Shown: positions 50,385-63,464, numbered from the whole stretch's first letter. The stretch: DNA of 63,888 nt, filler included, from Atractiella rhizophila (GCA_021432655.1; 5 parts of 5 records of this genome joined end to end with filler, not necessarily neighbours in it); one strand, 5' to 3'. Numbers and translations: made by a program. The notes: generated by a model from the sequence alone, not told the origin.

Positions 50385-51175
50385 TGTTGGATTAGGTGTT
50401 ATATTTCATGGTGTTATGTTTGTGTGGTCTAGCCACCTCTGTTTTGTTTGCTTCACTTCGGAGTTTTAGCCGCCTAGGGGGCAGTTTAGGCGGTCATCAT
50501 CTTTGACCACCAATCTCTGTCCCTTAGCTCCATCCAGCATCAGATTCTCTCATGGTAGCGAGAGCGATGGCTAGGGATTGAGAGATCAATTTTGCCACCC
50601 ACTTGGTTGAAAATTTTGATCACTCAGCCATCCGTTGTCCAATCGGTTTGAAACTTTGGGATCATAAACGAGACCCCCTTACGCCTATATCCACCCATTT
50701 CTATGAAGATCGGACAATTGAAACTCAAATTTATCAATATGGCTGAAGAAAGTAAAATTTTGATCACCCCCCTTGGAGAGAAGAACTATGGCACCTGGTG
50801 CATCGATATGCAAGCTGAATTAATGTGAAAGGGGCTATGGGAGATTGTGTGTGGAGAGGAGAAGAAGCCTGCTGATTTGAAGGAGGGAAAGCAATGGGAA
50901 AAGGAGCGCTCTAAAGCGGCAGGACTGCTGTTCCTTAGCCTGGAATCCACCCAGAAAGCTCATGTGGTGTCTGTCATTCAAGATCCGGTCAAGATCTGGT
51001 CCACCCGTCAAGAAATCCATCAGCAGAAGAGGTCTTCCACGCGTTTTTCGTCCCTAAGCGCCCTGCTTGCTCTCCAGAAAAAAGAAGATGAATCCCTGGT
51101 CACCCTCTGTGCCAGAAGCGACCAGCTCCTTCTGGACTTCACCAATACCCTGTCCAAGGACTATTCCCTCGATAA
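50385..51175 (+). mobile_element. Second copia element, nested in the first: 5' LTR (50385-50552), PBS (50553-50565), gag from 50739; cut by contig end
   Basis: TGTTGG...TCTCA followed by TGGTAGCGAGAGC; gag NYGTW..M.AEL.*KGLWEIV.G, with a stop at 50826-50828. Confidence 0.88.
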
Positions 51176-51275
51176 NNNNNNNNNNNNNNNNNNNNNNNNN
51201 NNNNNNNNNNNNNNNNNNNTTAATTAATTAANNNNNNNNNNNNNNNNNNNNNNNNNNNNNNNNNNNNNNNNNNNN
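51176..51275. other. Artificial contig spacer
   Basis: N run containing TTAATTAATTAA. Confidence 0.97.
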
Positions 51276-51950
51276 ATATCAGTCCAAGCCTCAATAACAA
51301 CTTGCAGATACCGATGTTCGCTGGCTTCAAGTCTCTATGAATGATGGAGTTCCTATGCAAGAAATCGACCCCCAAGAAGCATTCTAGCGCTACAAACTTG
51401 AGCTCCATGGGCCTCAACGTCTTTAGTAACATTCTCATGGTTAACCAGATGTATACAGACAGACCAGAAAGTGGCGCACCCGTTTCATCCGCAGAGCAAG
51501 AAGATCCCCTCCTTGTAAGAACTCTGTCACCAGACAGACTGACGTCTCTTGCTCCAGAATCATTTTAAGCTGTTGCACGAAGGGACAAGGCTCCTTTTTC
51601 AACGCATTGCAGAGTTGAAACGCCACCCGCTCTTCTTGTCGATATTCAGAGATCGTGCTTTCGTCGCAAACTGGCTTTGGGAAACGTTTTATTACTGCGA
51701 CGAGACCTTCAAATTATTGGCACTTTAGCATACAACTCTGCGCAGGTAGGATGCGAAGAAAATCTGACGACGTTTTTCGTGACGAAGCAGTCTGATTTGC
51801 TTGCCGTGCTGTTGCGACTGAAAGATGCTCCCAACCTCGAATCCCTGGCGCTCGCGAAAGTCCAGTTCAGGAGCTTTGCTGAGAAATTCTGAAAGACGCT
51901 CCGATTCTTCTATTTCCAGCGTTAGGCTTGAGGACCGCTGGACTACCCGA
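51276..51950 (-). CDS. Ser/Thr protein kinase (AGC-like), partial; 5' end uncertain, 3' end cut by contig end
   Basis: VAVIKRF, CPFVQQL, LVTEFLQGGDL, FLHRNSIIHRDLKPANI. Confidence 0.75.
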
Positions 51951-52610
51951 CTTACTGAACGAAGCCAAGGAGTGAACCATGATGTCGTCCTTCAACTCTA
52001 CTCTCCAACCCTCAACCCTTTTGAAGTCAGGCGACCAGCTGCAGCAAGGCTGGGATCGACTGGACTGGAAGTGAGCTCCACATCTGGAGCTTGGAACAAC
52101 TTGAAGCTAGTGTAACTTTCTCCCTAAAGGGATGTTGCACGCGTCACCCAAATGATCTGCACTGCAGCTTTTGGAAGCACCCTGCACCATGGACAACCGT
52201 CAACGATCACACAGATAAAGTGCCAACCTATTAACGTACAAAATCACTCGTTGATCTGGCTGAAAAGGACCGTGTATTATCTTTGCACAGGTCTTGGTGG
52301 TGTATGCAGGTGCGTGATCGATGTTGTTGTTTCTCAAGCTCATTTTGGGCGTCATAAATGTGGCAACAAGAATGTGGGTAAAATGTGTTTTGTGATTTCC
52401 AGAACCCTTGTACAGCGCAAAGACTAGGAATATTTGCTGCATTCTTCTTTATTCTTTATTGGAGGGTTATGTTATCGATCAGTGCATCAGCAGCCATTGC
52501 TGCTTTGTCCAATTTGCATTGCGTAGCGACTCGCCATAAACTATATTCATTGCAAGAACTGCATTTGCAGCATGGCATGGAGACATGCGATGACCCTTAC
52601 GGCACGAAAC

Positions 52611-54090
52611 CTACTCATCTTCTTGGTCTTCCCATTCTTCTGCCTCCTTTAACACCCTGCAGAACCCCTCAGCGCCACCCCACGGATGCGTACTACCCAG
52701 AAGCATCCCCTTCCAGTCCACTCCACGAAAGAAGGACATTTCCATGACTTCATCCTCCTTCTTCTCGCCACATCCCAATCTCTTTTTCCATTCTTTCTCC
52801 AAAAACCTCTTCAACAATTGTTGAACGTCTTGGGGAAGAGCTGAGAAAGTTTTCGGGAATGGCACCGAGTCGAACGAGGAGATAGCGAAGTACAACTCGA
52901 CATTCTCTGGGTCATTACTGTTGCGAAGTGTGAGTACGGTTAATGTGGGTGTTGCATGTTTCGAAAACTGCATACCTATCTCTCGTGTACGGTAATGCTG
53001 CAAGGCACATTTCGTATGCGACAAGCCCAACACCCCACCAATCAGGAGCAGCCAGCCTCCCCTTCTCTTTCCTCGCGTCAATAAACTTAAGAACGCTCCC
53101 GGGTGCCACGCTCTCGATCCATGCACTGTGGACCAACTCTGGAGCCGTATATTCCGGTGTTCCGTTGAGCTGACAGTCCGATATGTGGTCGGTGGACGGA
53201 GGAACGATAATACACGATCCGAAGTCTCCCAGGACCAACGAACCTGTGATTGGATGGAGGAGCATATTTTCTGGTTTAATGTCACGATGATAGACGTTTC
53301 GGTTGTGTAAAAAGGAGACTGCCAAGACGAGTTGGGAGAGATAGAATCGGATGGTGGAGTAGTCCTGAAGGGAGCTTTCCATTGTCAAGCGTGGCAAGAT
53401 ATTAAAGACCGTAAGGGAAGACATGAGTGGGAAGACGAGGGAGGACGTGTATTCGCTGTAAAAGTGACCCTGGAATTCGAGGATGAAGGGATGAGATCCA
53501 AGTCGTCGAACCTCTTCGCACATCTCTACTTCGTGATCGAAGTGGCGAATCTCCTCTTCCGTCGAAGGCGTCACGCGTTTGATCGCAAACACTCGACCGC
53601 CCTTCTTCATGCTCGCTCGAAAGATCTTTCCAAACTTCCCATGCCCTTCTTCTGCTTCAGAAATATCGAAATCATCTTCCCGGATACTTTGGAGTGCATC
53701 GGTTGCAACAAGGGAAAGCACTCGATCAGCGAGATCCAGAGGTTCTTCGGATTCGTGAGAGAGAGGTAGCAACGGGGCGTAAATTAGTTCTGGAGACAAA
53801 GGAGGCTCCAATGGGAAGCAGTCTAGGGATAATGAGAGAAAATCGTCTTTCTCCTCTATCATTTCAACGACAGAAGAGGACGAAGAAGACAAGAGTGCCG
53901 GACGCTTGCATCGAAGAGAGTCAGCACGTTTCAGGGAGCTTGGGTGCTTTCGCTTTCCTTTCTTCACATATGGGGATCCATTGTGATACGCGTAATCGTT
54001 GGGAGGTCGAAAGGTCCAAGTCTTCAACGCCAATGACGACTTTAAGGAGCTGAGTCCAAGGTGCAAGTCAGCTTGAGTTGACGCCTTCAT
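52611..54090 (-). CDS. Ser/Thr protein kinase (AGC-like), two exons
   Basis: GHGKFGKI, FAIK, HRDIKPEN, DFG, GTPEYTAPE, DWWGVG; the intron at 52919-52976 joins to KRLG..FFRGVDW. Confidence 0.9.
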
Positions 54091-55092
54091 GACTATGACC
54101 TAGAATCGATCGAGACCCGGTGTAGGGAGTTCTGCAACTGCACGAGCTGCAGGGCAAGGGTTATATAGGACACCAGGATGATATTGAACAGTGTTTGGAT
54201 GGCATTTGCAGGGTCAAAAGATCAAGGGAGCAAGCAATGCATGAGAGCTTGTGAGCGGTAAACAAAGGTAAAGTTCACAACAGAGTTTCCACGTGCACGA
54301 CTCCGCGATATGAGTTTTTATTAACCTTAGTGTAAATTGTCACAATCAACCAACAACGACGGTGCAAAGACTAGAAAGGGAAACAAGGAAGGCACGGGAG
54401 GGTAGTAAATATATATTGAGCTGAAACAGGTGAGGATCTCTTTTCTGTACAGCGGAGTAGGTTTCGTGTCGAAAGGATGATTCGTAAAAGGTTTGAGCCC
54501 TTGCCGTCAGAGCACGTCTTATTTCCTGGATTCTCTCCTTGAGCTCACTGGAGCAATGAATCCGTAAGGCGAGACGAAGATGAAACCTCCGCTTCTACAG
54601 TGTTTCTTGCGGAACGCGGCAGTTGCGGTCCAAATTGGCTTAGGCGTCTTTTCCTCACACCAGCAGTAGCAACGAAGTGTACGCCCAGTTTTAGTACAGC
54701 TCGTCCTCAAACCTGCCTGTGAGTTTGTGGAAAGTGCACGCAAAGGTTTTGGAGACATGTATACGCCCATGGTTGGCCAAGCTCGACCGCCTGCAGATTC
54801 AAGGCAGACGAGTGGATACAGATGGATTTTTCCTTTGGGTAGATTATCCCCGTCCCTTCTGCACTATGTGTAGGAGGCCCAACGCGCTGTCGTTAAGCTT
54901 AATCGTCAGATTCGTATGGATGGCGGGTTAAATTGCAGTGACGCTGCGGGCAGAAGAGAACAATTGTGAAGAAGCGCAATAGCCGCTGAACCTGATCGAC
55001 TGAACTGTTCCATTCATTTCTTTCTTGTGAAACGATCGCTAACATTGTGCATCGCGCGCTCAGGTGTTCAACCTAACAGTAGAGTCAACAAG

Positions 55093-56526
55093 ATGAGACC
55101 TCTAGTGTCTCTTATTCTTTTGAACTTTGCTCCGTCATTCGTTACCCCTTTCTGCCTTCGTGTTTTCTATACCGTATCTCCAAATTCGAGGCCGAAGTCG
55201 GCACCACAACATCAGCAACATGTCAAGTGGGCGAGGACCTTTCTCATCGGCGTCTACCTCCTTGTGACTCTCCTTCCCTCCCTCCTTTCTCCGCCTGGTC
55301 CGAACTACTATCAGCTACTCGGTTTGCGTTCAGACCGTTTCGTCGGTCAAGGAGAAGTCAGGAAAGCTTATCGACTGGCGGCAAGGACAAACCATCCCGA
55401 CAAGGGCGGTGATCCAAAAACATGGCTTGAGATGGGGAAAGGTGTTCTTGTACTAGCGGGAGACTCCAATAGCGGTTATACTGGAGAAGACGATCTGGCA
55501 CCAGAAGGGTTGCGTTGGGGATGGGAAAGGTGTGGTATTTCGTCATTGAGCACATGGGCATTGATTCATCCATGATTGTCCTGATTGCAGATTTGGACCA
55601 GACTACATCGAGAAAGTGCTCAGTTCGCCTCCTGAGAAGCGACCTGTATCACGGAGGGACAATTTTCTCAAAGGACTCAGGACGGAAGTTTTTGGGTTCT
55701 ACGCTGTCACCGGCTTCTTTCTTTTCTACTTTGGTCGGACTGCTAGCAAGCCGACCGACCCAAATCGTCCTTCCATCCTCTCTTGGGTACAAATTCCTTT
55801 TCTTAGAGACGTAATGCTGATTTGCTGTGCTCATAGTGGCGCCCTATCCTCTTCCTTCTCTTACTTGCCCTGGAATTTTATGAGATCGTGTCTCCTCTCC
55901 CTTCCTCGAACTTCAATTACCAACCACTCTCCTATTCCAGAATATCACGCTGGCTCCTTCCACTTCCCCATCAGCGCATCAACTTCTTTCGACAACTATT
56001 CATTGCCGCCAACTCCGCTCTCGGCCAAGTTGGTTTCTTGTGGTTCGACCTACCAGAAGACGATATTTCAATGGTCATTCGGGAAATTGAACGCCTTGGG
56101 CAGTCATGTTCCACTCTAGAAGCACATGTAGAGGGTCGTTGGAAGCAAGACCTAGGTGGAATCATCCGAAGCCTTGAAGGTGAGAAGCTAGAAGTGGTGA
56201 AAGAGAGGACGGTCGATTTTGTATGTAACTTGAGGTTACGAAGGGACGAAGAAGGCCAAAGGGTGTGGAATGAAGCAGTGGAACGAGCGAGAAGCAGGAG
56301 AGAGCGAGGAAAGACCCCTATACCAGAACATGAATCGTATTCACTCCGACCTTTGGATACCAATGCCCTGTCTCTTGATGGACGGTTCAGAACTCCCTCT
56401 CCCGCGACCGATGAAATTCCAAGTCCTCAGGCGGCGCAGGCATCACGAGAGTCACCACCTCCACTTCCACCTTTAGTTGCCACTCCTTCATCCCTTGTTG
56501 CTGATAAAGCTGGGTACCTTGATTAG
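55093..56526 (+). CDS. Membrane-associated J-domain (DnaJ) protein
   Basis: TM segments, NYYQLLG..VRKAYRLAARTNHPDKGG; two GT-AG introns link the three ORFs. Confidence 0.8.
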
Positions 56527-56648
56527 GCGATTTATCCACGTATGTAACAGCTTTCATTGAGTCTACCTAGGCATGAATGTATACATTTTTTCAACTGCTA
56601 CCGTTCTTCACTTTCCTGTATATAGGCTTGTTGAAAATTTTCATCGTA

Positions 56649-57647
56649 TTATCCAAACGCAGATGACAGGCCCACATCTACTTCCATTTCTACATCCGTG
56701 AAGTCTTTTTGAGGGTCTTCTTGAGCTCGTTCCTGAGAAATTGGTGTCCGCTGCGAGTCCTTTTGAGATAAAGTCGCTGGCTGTGTTACTGGTTCAGGTT
56801 GTTTTGTCTCCACCACAACTGACTCCACTGGTTTAGGCACTGCTTTAGCAGGCTGAGGGAACCGGATTGGTCGAGTGTTCTTCCCCTTCACGAATTGCTC
56901 CAATACCTCCATCGTGATTTTCAGTGCAGTCTGCCCTTGCTTTTCTGATTCCTTCGCCTTTTTGTTCTTCTTCCCTGTTCCTCCAAAAAGCTCCTCCATC
57001 TCTCCATCCTCATCCTCGTCCTCGTCTTCAGGAGGTATACGAGCTCTCCAATCGTAACCACCTGTTTCCTCTAGCTCCTCTAGCGCACTTGTTGCAGAAG
57101 CAATGACCTCATCATGCTCTCGGATGAGTTCCTTCAGGCGACCTTGATGAGGGGAAGCATCTGGAAGAGCGTTGGGATCAGTCATCTTTGACGCTACTGG
57201 GATTCCCAAGCCAGCGAGATGTTCTGAATCAGTCGAGTGGATTTCAGGTAACTTGAGGAGGATGGCATTAAGCTTTTTCTCCAACAAGAGAAGAAATGCA
57301 CTCACCAAGGCTTGCTTGGTCAGTCCAGTAACCTGCTCCTCAAGCCCTTCCTGTTCTGTGTCCCAAATTCCTCCTGCGTCAGTCCCAGTGCTAGGATGGA
57401 CGACCAAATTTCGGAATTCATCCTGTCGAATGCCCTTTAGGAGTGCAGTCGCAGATGAAAGCAGGATGTTATACTGCGGCAACACCGTCGACCAGTCAGC
57501 ACCGCTTCGAAGGATAAGGTCCTGTAAGTTCGCGATGGAGTCTATGGTGTGTGCAAGGCGTGATCGTAGAGCCGTGACAGATGGGAGAGGATAGCTCGAT
57601 GGGTCCATTGGTGGTTGCGCAAGACGTGGCAAATTCTCATTCTCCAT
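56649..57647 (-). CDS. MED8: Mediator complex subunit 8-like protein
   Basis: ALRSRLAHTIDSI..L..DWSTVLPQYNILLS..NLVVHP..LL.KLPE pattern. Confidence 0.7.
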   Translation of the reverse strand: MENENLPRLAQPPMDPSSYPLPSVTALRSRLAHTIDSIANLQDLILRSGADWSTVLPQYNILLSSATALLKGIRQDEFRNLVVHPSTGTDAGGIWDTEQEGLEEQVTGLTKQALVSAFLLLLEKKLNAILLKLPEIHSTDSEHLAGLGIPVASKMTDPNALPDASPHQGRLKELIREHDEVIASATSALEELEETGGYDWRARIPPEDEDEDEDGEMEELFGGTGKKNKKAKESEKQGQTALKITMEVLEQFVKGKNTRPIRFPQPAKAVPKPVESVVVETKQPEPVTQPATLSQKDSQRTPISQERAQEDPQKDFTDVEMEVDVGLSSAFG

Positions 57648-58315
57648 ACTTCATTCTTCCTGTTGACATTACCATATTAATATAAAAACAATAACGTAAC
57701 CTAACTTCTCACACCAATGAATAAGATGTTTAGCAATCTAGCCACTATTATCTGGTCGACTGTGGCCAAATTAAACGTCAGTTTAACACGCTAGACAGCA
57801 CGTTTAGCTTTGAACGCGCTTCAGCTCCTTGAATAAGTAGAGGTGGATGAGTTATGCCTGCCTTTCATAAACTCAGGTGAAAGAGAACAACTCGAACACG
57901 CAACAGGAGGACAACCGCTTCAAAGTGCCTCGCCTTTCCACAAATTTTTGCTGCCAGAACATTGGCAGCGCCAGGAACAGAGCTAAGACAGTAGCTACAG
58001 TCACCTACCTCGTATCCAGATAACTCAGCGAGGAGATATACGAGTGCAAGTATTGTTCGTCGCTTATCTAGATCATGTCTCACGTGATAATATCAAAATA
58101 CAACGTGTGTATCTCTGTATATCTCTTTATTCATTCTTTAAAAACATACATCGGCTTCAGTTAAGTATACAACCGTTAGTAAAAGCATTTGAAATACCAT
58201 AACCTTTGGGTATCGTCAAGCAGGGTGAAGAAGCTGACACGGACAAGTTGGGTTGTACAGTTTCACTTCTCCTTTCGACGTTATGAAATCTCAGAGCCAG
58301 CCATACAGTCATCAA

Positions 58316-59891
58316 CTAATGCTGAGATAGCATTCTTTCGTCCGGATGTATCATGGCAACCTTGCCTGTTTTACCTCCATTGAAAGTTTCGTAGGCTAAC
58401 CCCGCTTCCATGAGAGAGAACGTATGAGAAACTACGACCTAAAACGGGTAAGCTTCAAGCGCTGCCGTTATTTTCAACGGAATGGACACACTTCCGGATG
58501 GAACTTCCATCTGACGAGCTGTGAAGACATGGGGTAAGAATAAGCTGTTCAAAGCAAAGCGCTGACTTACTTTCTCAATCAAGTCCTCCATCTGACCTAT
58601 TGAGCATACCCAACTAAGCAATCAGATTCAGCTCTTGCTTTAGAATAACATAACGGTCGAACCTTCCGTAGATGGTTAAGCTCTTATGAATAACGAGCTT
58701 CGAAACATCAAATTCAACTACCACCTGCACTTTAGGTTTCCCATGCAACATAGTAAGAAAAATCGCTTACCTTTTCCACCTTCTCCTATAAAAACAGTTC
58801 TTCCCCATTGCCTCGCGACTTGCAAGCAGAGGAGCCTAGCGCTAGCAGCGCCACTGCAATCAATGCATACGCTAGGACCATATCCGTCCGTCCAGTTCTT
58901 GATCTTCTCTTCAGCGTCATCGGTTCCAATCACATTGTTCTCTCCTAGAAATTGCTTCGCGAATTCTCGTCGTCCGGCATCGAACTCAACTCCCAGGACC
59001 TTTGCGCCAATGAGACTTGCAAGCTGGGCAGCACCGAGGCCGACTGGTCCCAAACCTGTTCTCGGTGCTTCTTTGTAAATTTTATGCTCTACTGGGATAA
59101 AAGTGCTCACCAGTGACAATAACAGTATCTAAGCCAGATACTTCGGCTCTGAGGATGCCTGCATAAGCAGTGCCTTCCGGACATCATTAGAAACTAGGGA
59201 ATAGGCTAAATCTACGTGCCTAGTCCACAAGCCACCATGGCTCCGTCAAGGAAAGTCAATTCATCTGGCAGTCTGACAAGATCTGCCTCATCGGCAACAA
59301 TGTACTTGCAACGAATCCGTCAATCACCACCTCACATATATTGGGGAAGGATAGACTTTACTTCTCCATGACCTCCATTGCGTTGCCACCCATAAGCTTT
59401 TCGCAGAGCCGAATTTTCGCAGGATATGAAGGTTCCTCGACGACAGTTACGGCAGGCACCACAGCCATGAATGTGATAAACAACCACTCGATCGCCTTCC
59501 TTGAAATGCGTACAATTCGATCCTACTGCTATGACCTTTCCACAAGCTAAAATGACATTTCAAACAGAGATCGTTGACCAGCAAGGCAACAACAAAGGAC
59601 TGACGCTCATGTCCTCCGACAACGTCTCTGTAGCCTTCATCCCCGATCTTATTAATCTCCTTTGGCTTGTAAAGTGCCCTCAGATCACTCCCACAGAGTG
59701 CACTGGCTCTCATCTCCAGCAAATATTGGCCAGAAGCGAGAACAGGAACAGGAACAGTTTTGAGAGATACTTTGTGATCTCCCTCAAAGAACATTCCTAA
59801 ACTGAGTTCAATGAATAGAAGCAGAAATCGAGCCTGGAATCGTACCAACCATCTCTGATGGATAGTTGAAAGAGGAGATTGACGCAGACAT
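58316..59891 (-). CDS. Zinc-dependent medium-chain dehydrogenase/reductase (multi-exon)
   Basis: LCGSDL, GHE|PCG.V, GDRV, GCGAC, ACGL|GTAY, GLGPVGL, IDCSG, GKTGKV. Confidence 0.9.
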
Positions 59892-60298
59892 CTCAAATTT
59901 GATTAGACGTAAAGAGATACAATAGCTCTGGTATTGGCTGATTGGCTGAGCGTCAAAGCAGCCTGATGATTGAAATTTGAACAAAGTTTGAGTTGTGCAA
60001 CAAACTTAGCACAACCATTCTTTGCAGAAGAGCAGGCAGCAGGATTGAGGATGAACATTGCGGGTGTGGGAACAACTAGTCTTCTGTTAATGCCATTAGG
60101 TGAGACCTTTAACTCTAACGAGGGGGTTGAAGTAGCGGGATTGTGGCCAGCGAACAGAAAGGAGAGAAAAGTGATTGGTTGAAATGAACTTCTGCAAGAT
60201 TTAAAGTGCACAAAAGTAGTCCTATTGTCTATCAAAAACGTCAAGTGGACAATCCAACAAAACCTTATGAAGAAGAGTATTTACGTATAGAAGCTTCC

Positions 60299-62386
60299 TC
60301 AAATCCATCTAAACAGAGAAGCAAACCCCAAAATGCCGGCTCCAATAACGACAGAGAGCTCGAACATTTCCTTCGCAAAGGCGTTCGAATTCTTCACCCC
60401 GAACAGTGTTGGAAAGTCGGATGAGCGAGGTCTTGTCGTCATTGAGACAACTGGAGCCTCAGTTGAAACCGTTTCTCCCAGCGAATTTGTTATGGGACCA
60501 GGCTGTCCAGCAGAACTGATGGAGGTGGGGATTTCTCGCACATTTGCCCTTTGCGCCTATTGAGTATGTTTGGCGCGGAGGATCCCGATAGAACGTACCA
60601 AGAATACCTATCTCCAATCGTGTTGAAGGCCAGCTGAAGCTCTGATAAACACTCAGTCTCATTTGTCACTCTGAAATCTCTCAGATCCATTCCTCCAGAA
60701 TTCGATTCTTCCTCCTTGATATACTCGAATTGCATGATCAGTTTCAACCTGGGATGAGAATCCAACATGGTAACGTTGGTGATGCAATCGTGGATCCAAG
60801 CCGCTTGAAGGGCTTGCTGTGTGTCTCCAGAATCTGGGAACTCCTCATGCCATGCAGCGGCAGATTCTGCCATCTGTGACGCCAATGATTTCCTTTATAC
60901 TCTCGTGCCGGAGGAAGCGTACCATACAAGCGATGTTAGAGTACGGCGTGCAATACGTCGTGTAAAAATCAGAGTCTGCTCCAATTACACCAACATTGTC
61001 ATTGGAACTCCCGTCGAAAATGTCGCTGCAATATCCTCCCTCTTGAACGACATTGATATCTTGGCCGCCTGGTCCTTTATAGTCTGTATTGGGTTACTTG
61101 AGCATGAAAACACCCGGTGACGGAAGACACACAAATGGACAATCCCGCCCAATCAACATATTGATCCCCTACGGCAATCACGTATTAGTGAAATTCGAAA
61201 AACAAAGCAGTCCCTACCCGGCCAGTAGGGACTATAAGGGTCGTCTAAATTCGTTAGCTGCCCATCCCCATTTGTATCGAGTGCAAGCGTGTCAGCAGCG
61301 ACGTTGCCGGAACGATCCGCATCAGGGAAGGTCTGACCATAGGGATATCTGATGATTCACCATTATCAGACGCGAGATAATACAGATGCAACATACCCTT
61401 GACCCGTATTCGGCGCCCAAACCCTTTGTTCCGGCACGCTCAGGTGCAATAAGCAGGCATGAAAACAGCACACACATTATTGTAGTCGGACTACGCGTTT
61501 TAACTGTCGTGTACACTTGACGGAACTGCTCAATGAAAGCGGTCGGTTGGCTTGAATATCTGTTCCAATTTCCTTGCATCTCAGGAGCGTAGCGAAGAAA
61601 GCACGTCCGGTCATTGAGCTCGTGATCTTTTAGAAAGCTCGTCAAAGCTTGCTGCTATAGTGGAATAACGGAGGAATGGCGCACAGTCAGCAAGCTGATT
61701 TGCCAGTGCATCGATATCTGCTTGTGTGACTGCTTCGAAGCCGTCAACCGGATAGACGGTGAGAAATATTGCCTAATTCCTTCATTTCATCAATTCAACT
61801 CTCCAAGTTGTAAGAGCTGAAGAGGAACGGACAGCATCAGTTCCACTTCGTTCGATCAAGTTGGCTGGCGCAGGCCCGCCGGCTCCCGTTGTGTAGTTAT
61901 AAGGAGGTAATGGTATCGGTTGCGAGACTTGATACACTGGCACGAGTCTACAGGTGACTGTCAGTTTCCCAGAAGTGAAGCTGGGAGAAGTAACAGATAC
62001 CGTCCTAACCGCTCATTGAACCAGGTTGGTGTATCAGAGAATCCTAAACTCGACTCAGAATCAATATTGGATTCTCTCGAAATAACCCGGCTGGGTTTTA
62101 TGTCCTGAACAAAAATGGAAGTCCATATTGTCATAACAACCCAGCTCTACTACTGGCGATTCTAGCTAGCAACATGCGAAAGAGACGAGTCACCTGCAGC
62201 TGTATCGATCCAAGCTCCAAAGATGACCTGATTGCCTGGCGGTTCGAAAGGAGCCTGGGAATATGCTCGTCCAGCGAAGGACAAGAAAATAGAAACAGTC
62301 GCCAATACCCTAGCCGTTTTTCGTGACTTTGGATTGGTCCGTTGTGGTCTCGCAAAGTGTTTTATCGATAACGTGATAGGAGACAT
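60299..62386 (-). CDS. Secreted/cell-surface glycoside hydrolase, GH26-like (multi-exon)
   Basis: APFEP..VIFGAWID, FLTVYP, FLRYAPEMQGNW, WAPN, PYSPYWPG.DYVDW.GLS; Ser/Thr-rich stalk and hydrophobic C-terminus. Confidence 0.75.
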
Positions 62387-62622
62387 TTAGGCAATAGGCA
62401 GATGATGAAATGTGTAGGCGGGGTGAGGAATGCAAAGGGGACGTGTTAACAAGAAGAGAAACGATTTTATCAATCCAGAAGCTCAAGGGAATACAGATAC
62501 TCAGCGATGTCCCAAGCATCAGACCAGCACTAAGGCACAAGCAAACCGAGACTCTTGACTTCGCAGCCATCACGGCAAAGAGAAAAAGTTGCTGCTTTTA
62601 AGTCTTCGCACGCCGCTCTCAC

Positions 62623-62722
62623 NNNNNNNNNNNNNNNNNNNNNNNNNNNNNNNNNNNNNNNNNNNNTTAATTAATTAANNNNNNNNNNNNNNNNNNNNNN
62701 NNNNNNNNNNNNNNNNNNNNNN
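62623..62722. other. Artificial contig spacer
   Basis: N run containing TTAATTAATTAA. Confidence 0.97.
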
Positions 62723-63298
62723 AAGTCACTTTCAGACGATTCCAAAGATCGGAGGTGTTACAACTCGTGGATTCTCTTCAGGTTAGAACTTCTGATGCTT
62801 TTTACAGACTCTAACTTTATATGTCCACTCCAGACCGCAAAATCTGCTGGCATTCAACACAAGCTCTCTTCCTTCACGCTCATTTCCAAAGAGTCCATCC
62901 CTCACACTGACACGCGTGCCCTCCTCTCCCTGCTCCCCTCCACCTTATACACGCTCCAACTAATCGGTCTATCCTCCATCCCGATCTCCTCCCTTTCCCA
63001 CCTGATCCAACTCTCTAATCTTGAATTCACCGACAGCGTCCTCCTCCACCCTTCTCTCCCTCTCCCACCTTCCATCCCGCTCAAAAAGCTTACCATTTGC
63101 ACCGATGGGGAGAAACCGTCCGATAACCAAGCGTTGGACGTAGCGAAGTCCTTTCCTTCTCTCAAGCTTTTGTGTTTCAAACGACCCGCCGATGTCGTTT
63201 GGAAGTTCAGAGTGTCTTGGAAGGAGGATGGACAGGTGAAGAAGAGGGAGGCGAGCTGTGACGTCGAACTCATCCTTGACGATGGATCTTACAGCTAA
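62723..63298 (+). CDS. 3' part of a leucine-rich-repeat-like protein
   Basis: LxxLxL periodicity (TLYTLQL, QLSNLEF, PLKKLTI, PSLKLLCF); the 5' end is missing. Confidence 0.5.
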   Translation, partial: KSLSDDSKDRRCYNSWILFRLELLMLFTDSNFICPLQTAKSAGIQHKLSSFTLISKESIPHTDTRALLSLLPSTLYTLQLIGLSSIPISSLSHLIQLSNLEFTDSVLLHPSLPLPPSIPLKKLTICTDGEKPSDNQALDVAKSFPSLKLLCFKRPADVVWKFRVSWKEDGQVKKREASCDVELILDDGSYS

Positions 63299-63438
63299 TT
63301 ATTCTTAGACACGCCCTTCATGCCCTTCATCATTGTATCAGGAATCTTTCTTCAGAATCAGACTATTTATTTGGAATCAGCATTTCTGTTGGAATCGTTT
63401 TGATACCCTACTTACTCCTCATAGAGGAGCGGGACTGG

Positions 63439-63464
63439 ATTTTGATTTTGATTTTGATTGATTG
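63439..63464. repeat. Short microsatellite (GATTTT)n/(GATT)n
   Basis: gattttgattttgattttgattgattg. Confidence 0.7.
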
